This document shows positions 1 to 6,414 of a stretch of 32,000 nucleotides of DNA, in pieces. The notes beneath the pieces were generated by a model. That model was not told where the DNA came from and made no database searches. It saw nothing but the letters and a program-made list of their open reading frames with translations. How positions within the stretch are numbered: the first letter of the stretch is position 1; each line of letters begins with the position of its first letter. Source of the DNA: Kineococcus radiotolerans SRS30216 = ATCC BAA-149. Its GTDB lineage: Bacteria > Actinomycetota > Actinomycetes > Actinomycetales > Kineococcaceae. A program made the translations under genes and the position numbers. The stretch lies in assembly GCF_000017305.1 (NCBI RefSeq), contig NC_009664.2:3870001-3902000 (forward strand), in the 5' to 3' direction.

Positions 1-1
1 G

Positions 2-682
2 TTGCGGCGCACCCGCGCCGACCTCGCCGTGCTCGGCCGCCGGACCGGGGAGTTCCTCGCGACGAAGGTCGTCGCCGGGCTCGTCCTGCTGCTGCTGGCG
101 CCGGTCTGCTGGCTGGTGCTGCGCGCCTGGGGGGTTCCCCTGCCCGGCGGGGTTCCGGTGTCGCTGGCGCTCGTCCTGGGCGGGGCGGGTTTCCTGGTGC
201 CGGACCTGGCGCTGCGCGGTGACGCGCAACGCCGCCGGCGCGACTTCCGCCGCGTCGTCGGGGTGTTCTCCGACCTCGTCGCGATGAACCTCGCCGGCGG
301 GCGCGGGCTCCCCGAGGCGTTGCTGAGCTCGGCGTCGGTCAGCGACTACTGGGCGCTGGTGCGCATCCGGCAGGCGCTGGCCGGGGCCCGGCTCTCCGGC
401 CGCACGCCGTGGCAGGCGCTGGGTGAGCTCGGGGAGGAACTGGCCGTCGCCGAGCTTTCCGACCTCGCCGGCGCCCTGGCGCTGGCCGCCGACGACGGAG
501 CCAAGATCCGCGCCTCGCTGGCCGCCCGCGCGGCGACCGTGCGCCGGCGCGACATGGCCGACGTCGAGGGCGACGCGGGGGAGAAGTCCCAGTCCATGCT
601 CGTGGCCCAGCTGGTCCTGTGCACCGCCTTCATGGTGTTCCTGGCCTTCCCCGCCGTCCACAACCTGATGGCCCAGTCGTGA
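2..682 (+). CDS. tadC: Type II secretion system F-family / TadC-like Flp pilus assembly inner-membrane protein. It may continue upstream of the window.
   Basis: The ORF runs from the window edge and shows strong GC3 bias. It has hydrophobic N- and C-terminal TM segments (LVLLLLAPVCWLVL, LVLCTAFMVFLAFPAV). The central T2SS-F-like helical region reads FSDLVAMNLAGGRGLPEALL...LSDLAGALALAADDGAKI. It lies immediately upstream of a Flp-like prepilin, as tadC does in actinobacterial tad loci. Confidence 0.65.
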   Translation: MRRTRADLAVLGRRTGEFLATKVVAGLVLLLLAPVCWLVLRAWGVPLPGGVPVSLALVLGGAGFLVPDLALRGDAQRRRRDFRRVVGVFSDLVAMNLAGGRGLPEALLSSASVSDYWALVRIRQALAGARLSGRTPWQALGELGEELAVAELSDLAGALALAADDGAKIRASLAARAATVRRRDMADVEGDAGEKSQSMLVAQLVLCTAFMVFLAFPAVHNLMAQS

Positions 683-709
683 CCGAGAAGCAGTTCGAAG
701 GGAAAACCC

Positions 710-943
710 ATGTCCGACCACTTCCTCCTCATCTCCCGCCTCGCCCGGCTGCTCTCGGCGCGGGCGCGCCGGGCGGCGGCCTCCGGGCGCGACGCGGGAG
801 CGTCGGCGCTGGAGTGGGCGGTGATCGCCGCGATCGTCGTGGTCGCGGCGACGCTCATCGGCGGGGCGGTCTACAACATCGTCCAGAGCAAGAGCGAGGG
901 GCTGACGGAGTGCGCCGCCGTGGCGGTCGGCTCGAACTGCTGA
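710..943 (+). CDS. flp: Flp/Fap-family type IVc prepilin (77 aa)
   Basis: An ATG at 710 is preceded by GAAGGGA. The prepilin-peptidase-type motif G/ASALEW (G at 797-799) is followed by the hydrophobic stretch AVIAAIVVVAATLIGGAV. This matches the Flp G/xxxxE[YFW] pattern. The small size and the position between tadC-like and tadE-like genes also fit. Confidence 0.65.
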   Translation: MSDHFLLISRLARLLSARARRAAASGRDAGASALEWAVIAAIVVVAATLIGGAVYNIVQSKSEGLTECAAVAVGSNC

Positions 944-1347
944 GGGGACCCCGGGACGACCGGGGGTCCGCCGCGCTGGAGATGGCGTTCATCGCCCCGG
1001 TGTTCCTGCTGCTGGTGTTCTTCGGCATCCAGGCGGGGTTGTGGGCCTACGGCCGCTCCGTCGCGCTGGCCGCGGCCCGCGAGGGCGTCGCGCAGCTGCG
1101 CGTCGTCCCCGACGAGCAGTCCGCGGCCGCCGCGGAGCCCGTCGTCCGCGCCCACGTCGAGCAGTTCGCGGGCGCGATCGGCCGCGAGTCGCTGCTCGGG
1201 CCGCGGGCGAGCACGCGCTGGAGCGCGGATCGGGGCGAGGTCTCCGTCGAGGTCACCGGCCGCGTCGTCAGCCTCGTCCCGGGCCTGGACCTCACGACGA
1301 CGCAGCGGGCCTCGGGGACCGTGGAGCGCTTCGGGGACGTGCGGTGA
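910..1347 (+). CDS. TadE-like pseudopilin / Flp pilus assembly protein. The start is uncertain: GTG 910 or ATG 982.
   Basis: The TadE N-terminal signature DDRGSAALEMAFIAPVFLLLVFFGIQAG is present. GTG 910 has GAGGGG 8 nt upstream, whereas ATG 982 lacks a well spaced RBS. The stop overlaps the next start (GTGA at 1344-1347). Confidence 0.7.
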   Translation: MRRRGGRLELLRGPRDDRGSAALEMAFIAPVFLLLVFFGIQAGLWAYGRSVALAAAREGVAQLRVVPDEQSAAAAEPVVRAHVEQFAGAIGRESLLGPRASTRWSADRGEVSVEVTGRVVSLVPGLDLTTTQRASGTVERFGDVR

Positions 1348-1766
1348 ACCGCCCCGACGACCGGCCGGTCCCCGACGCGGGCAGCGTGGCGCTGGAGTTC
1401 ACCCTGGTGGCCCCCGCCCTGCTGCTGCTCGTCGCGCTGCTGCTGGCCTACGCCCGCGTCACCCAGGTGTCGGCGACGCTGGACTCCGGGGTCCGCGACG
1501 CGGCCCGCGCGGCCACCACGGCGCGCAACCCCCTCGCCGCGCAGGAACGGGCCCGCGTCGTGGTCCGCGACGCCGTGGGCGCGGGGAACTGCGCCGACAG
1601 CCTCGTCGTCGAACCGATCCCGGAGTTCGCCGCGGGCCGCGCGGTGACGGTCACCGCCACCTGCACGTACTCGGTGGGCGACCTCGGCCTGCCGGGTCTG
1701 CCCGGTTCGCTGTCGGTGACCAGCTCCTTCGCCAGCCCGCTGGACCCGAACCGGGAACTGTCGTGA
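1344..1766 (+). CDS. TadE-like pseudopilin / Flp pilus assembly protein
   Basis: The GTG start overlaps the upstream stop. The N-terminus PDAGSVALEFTLVAPALLLLVALLLAY matches the TadE signature (G-S-x-A-x-E-F followed by a hydrophobic helix). GC3 bias is strong. Confidence 0.75.
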   Translation: MNRPDDRPVPDAGSVALEFTLVAPALLLLVALLLAYARVTQVSATLDSGVRDAARAATTARNPLAAQERARVVVRDAVGAGNCADSLVVEPIPEFAAGRAVTVTATCTYSVGDLGLPGLPGSLSVTSSFASPLDPNRELS

Positions 1767-2254
1767 GCGCCCTGCGCGGCGGGGGCGACGAGGGTTCCAT
1801 CGCCCCCGCGGTGCCGGTCCTCGCCCTGGTCCTCCTGCTGCTGGCCGGGCTCGTCGTCGACGCCTCCCGCCAGCTGAGCGGCCGGGCCCGCGCCGTGGCC
1901 TACGCCGAGGAGGCCGCCCGGGCCGGGGCGGCGGCGATCGACCTCGACGCCGCGGACCTGGAACTGCTGCCCGACAGCCAGGTCGCGGCGCGGGTGAACG
2001 CGTACTGCCGGGCGGCCGCGGCGTCGGGCGCCCCGATCGTCGACCCGGGGAACTGCTTCCGGGGGACCACCGACGTCGGCGACCCGCTGCACCGCAGGAT
2101 CGTCGTCCAGACCCGCGTCGAGATCGCGCAGCGGGCCAGCCTGCTGGGGATCGTCGGCGTGCAGGAACTGCGGGCCGCCGGCGACGGCCGGGCCCGACCC
2201 TTCGAAGGAACGAGCGAGGAGGACGTGACGTGTCGAGAAACCGGGTCCTGCTGA
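1763..2254 (+). CDS. TadG-like / Tad-associated pilus assembly protein (TadE/G-like N-terminal domain)
   Basis: The GTG start overlaps the upstream stop (GTGA at 1763-1766). The N-terminal segment GSIAPAVPVLALVLLLLAGLVVDASRQLSGRARAVAYAEEAARAGAAAI resembles the hydrophobic helix plus xxD...AAxAGA motif of TadG-type proteins. Confidence 0.55.
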   Translation: MSALRGGGDEGSIAPAVPVLALVLLLLAGLVVDASRQLSGRARAVAYAEEAARAGAAAIDLDAADLELLPDSQVAARVNAYCRAAAASGAPIVDPGNCFRGTTDVGDPLHRRIVVQTRVEIAQRASLLGIVGVQELRAAGDGRARPFEGTSEEDVTCRETGSC

Positions 2255-2808
2255 CCGCCGCGGCGTGCGCGGTGGCGGCGCTGACGGGCGCCTGCTCCGG
2301 CGCCGCCACCGACACCACGACGGCCGTCGAACCACCGGCCGCCAGCGCGACCAGCGCCGCGGTCCCCCCGACGGGGGTTCCCGCCGGGTTCGAGGGGGAC
2401 GCCGCGGTCACCGCGGTGCACGCCTACCTGCGCGAGCAGGCGCTGGCCGTCAACGCCGGGGTCGCCGACCCCGCCCGGCTGCCCGGGTTCACCGCCACGC
2501 TGACCCCCGCGGGTCAGGAGTGGGCGGTGCCGCTGCTGGCGGCGAACCTGGGCGACTGGATGCCCGGGCCCTACCCCGTGGGGGTCCTGGCCAGCACCCG
2601 CGTCGGCGACGACCGCGTCGAACTCGCCCTCTGCCTGCAGGACCGCGGGTGGCAGGTCGAGCGCTCCACCGGGCGCGCCCTCAACGCCCCCCACCACGCC
2701 ACGGCCCGGGCCGTCGTCCTGCGGGTGGGGGAGCGGTGGCTCGTCGACGACGTCGCCGCCGACGGCGGCGAGTGCACCGCGGCCGACGTCGTCGAGGAGC
2801 GGTTCTGA
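2230..2808 (+). CDS. Hypothetical lipoprotein (192 aa)
   Basis: GTG 2230 has a strong RBS, GAGGAGGA (2216-2223), 6 nt upstream. The signal peptide with a lipobox-like LTGAC reads MSRNRVLLTAAACAVAALTGAC/SG. A Thr/Ala/Pro linker precedes a globular domain. I recognise no family. Confidence 0.6.
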   Translation: MSRNRVLLTAAACAVAALTGACSGAATDTTTAVEPPAASATSAAVPPTGVPAGFEGDAAVTAVHAYLREQALAVNAGVADPARLPGFTATLTPAGQEWAVPLLAANLGDWMPGPYPVGVLASTRVGDDRVELALCLQDRGWQVERSTGRALNAPHHATARAVVLRVGERWLVDDVAADGGECTAADVVEERF

Positions 2809-3983
2809 TGCGCCGCTGCGCCGCGGCCCTGGTGGTCGTGCTCGGTCTCGTCGCGGTGGCGGCTCCCGCGCGGGCGGCGGAGGCGGGTGGGGCCCGGCTG
2901 CTCGCGGCCCCCTCGGCCGGGACCGGTTCCGGTTCCGTGCACGGTTCCTGCCGCACCTGGTCGAGCTCGGCCGGCGAGTACGGGGCGGTGTGCTCCGGGG
3001 GTGGGCGCGCCAAGGACTACCGCGCGCTGCTGGACGGCGCGGCGCCCCCGACCTGCTGGCTGGTGCCCCCGGGGAGCACCGACTTCACGCCGAAGGGGGT
3101 GGCACCCCCCGCGGAGGCCTCCACCCTCTCGGTGGCCGTCCCCGCGCCCACCCTGACCGCGCGGCCCGCACCGGGTCCCACCGCGACGCCGACCACCACA
3201 CCCACCGGAACACCCACCGCGACGCCCCCGTCCGTCCCGACGTCGGCGCCGGCGATCCCGTCGGCGCCGGTGCCGGCACCGGGAACCCCCTCGAGCACCA
3301 CCACCGAGGTCCCCGCGCCCACCCCGACCGAGACCGTCCCCGTCGAACGGCCCCAGGACTTCCTCCAGGTCTGCGTGACCTCCGCTCCCGACCCGGGCAC
3401 CCTGGCCCCGGCCCGCCCCACCACGTTCGAGGCCGTGCTGGTCCCGGTGCTGCTCAGCGACCCCGGCCGCCTCCGGTTCTGGTGGGAACTCACCGAGGGG
3501 CAGCGGCAGTACCTCACGTTCGTGGACGACCGCAGCCGCGTCGACGAGGGCAGGATCGTGACCTCGCCCTCCCGCACCCCCCGCATCGGGCAGGTCGTCG
3601 CGTTCTCCGCCACCGGGACCTCGCACCGGCCCCTGGCGATCGGGCGGCTGCGGATGGACGCGGAGCTCGTCTCCCTGCGGGTCCGGACCGGTGAACCCGG
3701 ACGTCCCGACGTGACCTGCGCGGGCCCGGGCCGGGAACTCCCGGCAGGGGCCACCGAGCGCACCGGCCCGGACGTCTGCTCCTTCAGCTACCGGGAGACC
3801 TCCGCGGGCCGGGGCACCGCCGCACCCGACACCTACGACGTCACGGCCACCGAGACGTGGCGGATCCGAGTCAGCTCCGACGCGGGTGCGACGTGGACCA
3901 CCGAACGGGTCGTCGAGATCCCCGTCCCCACCGGTCTGCGGGTCACCGAGGTGCAGACCCTCGTCGTGCCCCTCGTCCCGTGA
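2808..3983 (+). CDS. Hypothetical Sec-secreted protein with a central Pro/Thr-rich linker (391 aa)
   Basis: The ATG overlaps the upstream stop (TGATG), with GAGGAG 8 nt upstream. The Sec signal peptide is MRRCAAALVVVLGLVAVAAPARA/AE. A Cys-containing N-domain is followed by a PT-rich linker of about 70 aa (roughly 3130-3340) and a C-terminal domain of about 200 aa. I recognise no family. Confidence 0.6.
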   Translation: MRRCAAALVVVLGLVAVAAPARAAEAGGARLLAAPSAGTGSGSVHGSCRTWSSSAGEYGAVCSGGGRAKDYRALLDGAAPPTCWLVPPGSTDFTPKGVAPPAEASTLSVAVPAPTLTARPAPGPTATPTTTPTGTPTATPPSVPTSAPAIPSAPVPAPGTPSSTTTEVPAPTPTETVPVERPQDFLQVCVTSAPDPGTLAPARPTTFEAVLVPVLLSDPGRLRFWWELTEGQRQYLTFVDDRSRVDEGRIVTSPSRTPRIGQVVAFSATGTSHRPLAIGRLRMDAELVSLRVRTGEPGRPDVTCAGPGRELPAGATERTGPDVCSFSYRETSAGRGTAAPDTYDVTATETWRIRVSSDAGATWTTERVVEIPVPTGLRVTEVQTLVVPLVP

Positions 3984-4026
3984 CCCACCCCGAACCGACC
4001 GCCCCACCCGAGCAGAGGCGAAACCC

Positions 4027-5913
4027 GTGAGCACCGCCACCTCCACCCGTCCGCCGTCGCGGACCCCGCACCGGCTGCCCCGCGTCGCGCCGTCCCGCCG
4101 CGAACGCGCCGGGGAGGTGCTGCGCGGGCTGGCCGCCGCCCTCGTGCTGCTGGCCGTGCTGGCCGGGGTGCCCCTCGCGCTGGTGGAACTGGTCGGGAAC
4201 CCGCTGCCCGACACCCCTCCCGCCCGGGCCTGGCTGGACGCCGAGCTCAGCGCGTCCGCCGTCCTCGACGTGCTGGCCGTGGTGCTGTGGCTGGTGTGGG
4301 CGCACTTCGTCGTCTGCGTCCTCGCCGAGACCCGGGCCTGGATCGCCGGCGGCGGGGCCCGCGCCGTCCCGGGGGGCGGGGCGAACCAGCTGCTCGCCCA
4401 GCGCCTGGTCGCGGCCGTGCTCCTGCTCGCCTCCGGCGCGGTCTGGGTCCCCGGCACGGTCCCGCTCCTCGACGCGGTCGCGGTGAGCGCGCCGGCCCCG
4501 GCCCCGTCCGCCGGGGCCGAGGCCGGGGCCGCCCGCGCGAGCGCCGTCCCGGCCCCCGCGGGCTCCACGGCTCCCGATCCCGGCTGGGCCGCGGCGCGCA
4601 GCGGTGAACCCGTCGTCCACGTCGTCCAGCCCCCGCAGGGCCGGCACCACGACTGCCTCTGGGACATCGCGGAACGGACCCTGGGCGACCCGCTGCGCTA
4701 CCACGAGATATTCGAGCTCAACAAGGACCGGGTGCAGCCCGACGGGTCGCGCCTCGTCGACGCCGACCTCATCCGCCCCGGCTGGACGTTGCTGCTCCCC
4801 GCCGACGCGCAGGGCGCCGCCCTGACCGCCCCCGTGGCCGCGCCCCCGAGCGCACCCGCCGCGGAACCCGCCGGGGTCTCCTGGGCCCCCACCGCCGCCC
4901 CCGCGACGCCGGAGGGGGCCGGGCCCGCCGCCCCGGGCCCCGCGGACGACCTCACCTCCCGCGCCGCCCTCTCCGGGGGACTGCTGCTGGCGGGGGTCCT
5001 CGTCGCGCTGCGCCGACGGGGCGGGCCGACGGCCGACGGCCTCGCCGACTCCCTGGCTGCGACGGCCGACCCGGAACGGGCCCGGTTCCTCGACCACGCC
5101 CTGCGCCGGCTCGCGGCCGACCGCGCCGCCGCCGGTCTGGCCCTGCCCGACGTGGTGGCCGCCCACCTCTCCGCCGACGAGCTCGTCCTGCACCTCGGGA
5201 CGCGGGCGCAGGGGGCCGCGGCCCGGCCGCCGCGGCCGTGGACGGTGCTCGAGGGCGGGGCGTGGCGGGTGGCGCGCGCCGACCTGCCCGACCTGGCGGT
5301 GCCCGGGCGACCGGCGCCCACCGTGCCCGCGCCCTTCCCCGCCCTCGTCGACGTCGCCCGCTCCGGCGACCACGAGGTCCTGCTGGACCTCGAGAGCGCC
5401 CCGGGGATCGTCGCCCTCGGCGGGGACCCCGGCACCGCCCGCGACGTGGTGGCCTCGATGGCCGTGGAACTCGCCACGAACTCCTGGTCCGACGGCGTCG
5501 AGGTCGACCTCGTCGGTTTCGGCGACGACCTCTCCGCCCTGGCCCCGGAGAACCTCCGCCCGCACGCGCTGCTGGACGAGGTGCTGGACCGCCTCGAACG
5601 CACGGGCCGGGCGGGGACCGGGACCGACCTGCTCGCCGGCCGGCTGGAGCGGGCCGGGGACCGGCCGCGGCCCCGGGTCGTCGTCGTGTCCGGGCCCCCG
5701 ACGGACACCCAGGTGGGGCGCCTGCGGAACCTGGTCGCCGGGGGCCCCACGCCCCTGGCCGTGGTGTGCGTGGGCGACGTCCCCGCCGCCAGCTGGCGCT
5801 TCGCGGTGACGTCCGACGGCCGCCTGGACCTCGGGGTCCTCGGCCTCGGCGGCCGGGCCCGCCGGTTGCCCCCCACCGAGTACGCCGCCTGGGCGGACGC
5901 CCTGCGGCCCTGA
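4027..5913 (+). CDS. Polytopic membrane protein with an extracytoplasmic LysM peptidoglycan-binding domain and a cytoplasmic degenerate FtsK/SpoIIIE-like domain
   Basis: The GTG at 4027 opens a basic N-terminus followed by three TM helices. The LysM motif spans 4618-4800 (HVVQP...DCLWDIAERTLGDPLRYHEIFELN...LIRPGWTLLLP). It is followed by a Pro/Ala linker, a fourth TM (LSGGLLLAGVLVAL RRR), and a tail of about 300 aa. The longer ORF from 3886 overlaps the upstream gene and is less likely. Confidence 0.7.
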   Translation: MSTATSTRPPSRTPHRLPRVAPSRRERAGEVLRGLAAALVLLAVLAGVPLALVELVGNPLPDTPPARAWLDAELSASAVLDVLAVVLWLVWAHFVVCVLAETRAWIAGGGARAVPGGGANQLLAQRLVAAVLLLASGAVWVPGTVPLLDAVAVSAPAPAPSAGAEAGAARASAVPAPAGSTAPDPGWAAARSGEPVVHVVQPPQGRHHDCLWDIAERTLGDPLRYHEIFELNKDRVQPDGSRLVDADLIRPGWTLLLPADAQGAALTAPVAAPPSAPAAEPAGVSWAPTAAPATPEGAGPAAPGPADDLTSRAALSGGLLLAGVLVALRRRGGPTADGLADSLAATADPERARFLDHALRRLAADRAAAGLALPDVVAAHLSADELVLHLGTRAQGAAARPPRPWTVLEGGAWRVARADLPDLAVPGRPAPTVPAPFPALVDVARSGDHEVLLDLESAPGIVALGGDPGTARDVVASMAVELATNSWSDGVEVDLVGFGDDLSALAPENLRPHALLDEVLDRLERTGRAGTGTDLLAGRLERAGDRPRPRVVVVSGPPTDTQVGRLRNLVAGGPTPLAVVCVGDVPAASWRFAVTSDGRLDLGVLGLGGRARRLPPTEYAAWADALRP

Positions 5914-6032
5914 GACGACCCCCGTTCGGGGGTGTGGAAACCCGGCCGGGCCCGGCCCGCGGGTGCTGCACTGGAACTCCCCACCGACCGCGGTGGGGTG
6001 CACGGAACACCGACACGGAGAACGGAAGAACC

Positions 6033-6329
6033 ATGGCGAACCTGAACGTCACCTTCGACGACATGCGCACCGCGGCCACCAACCTCGACCACGGCAAGGC
6101 GGAGATCGCCGACCAGCTCGCGCGGCTGAAGGCCCTCGTCGACGGCCTCGTCTCCAGCGGCTACGTCACCGACCGCTCCTCGGTCGCGTTCAAGGACTCC
6201 TACGACGAGTTCAACACCGGCATCACCCAGGTCCTCGAGGGCCTGACCGGGATGTCCGGCTACCTGAACTCCGCGGCGCAGACGCTGTCCGACGCCGACT
6301 CCCAGCTCGCCGCGAGCCTGGGCCGCTGA
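6033..6329 (+). CDS. WXG100-family (EsxA-like) small helical-hairpin protein, with a degenerate W-x-G turn
   Basis: The product is 98 aa. It shows a two-helix heptad pattern. The central turn ...VSSGYVTDRSSVAFKDSYDEF aligns with the WxG-xAF region of EsxA proteins. The C-terminus YLNSAAQTLSDADSQLAASL resembles the firmicute EsxA tail (LNSTADAVQEQDQQLS). It sits directly upstream of an EssC/EccC-like ATPase. Confidence 0.65.
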   Translation: MANLNVTFDDMRTAATNLDHGKAEIADQLARLKALVDGLVSSGYVTDRSSVAFKDSYDEFNTGITQVLEGLTGMSGYLNSAAQTLSDADSQLAASLGR

Positions 6330-6339
6330 CCCCACCCCG

Positions 6340-6368
6340 CGCCGGGCACCCGCCGCGGGTGCCCGGCG
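6340..6368 (+). terminator. Perfect 12-bp GC-rich hairpin between the WXG100-like gene and the ATPase gene; a possible attenuator or partial terminator
   Basis: CGCCGGGCACCC (6340-6351), loop GCCGC, GGGTGCCCGGCG (6357-6368). The arms are perfectly complementary. There is no U-tract, which is common in high-GC actinobacteria. Confidence 0.45.
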
Positions 6369-6414
6369 GGTTCCCCCGTCACGCTGGAGGACCCGTCGAT
6401 CCGAGGAGCAACCC

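Noticed and set aside
3130-3340. Repetitive-looking ACC/CCG/CCC-rich DNA that could suggest a tandem repeat or array
   Set aside because: It is an in-frame Pro/Thr/Ala low-complexity linker of the secreted protein. It has no regular unit length and no repeat-spacer structure, so it is not a CRISPR array or a satellite.
6240-6329. A search for a T7SSa-type YxxxD/E export motif in the WXG100-like C-terminus
   Set aside because: The only Tyr in the tail (GYLNS) is not followed by Asp or Glu at +4, so no such motif is claimed.
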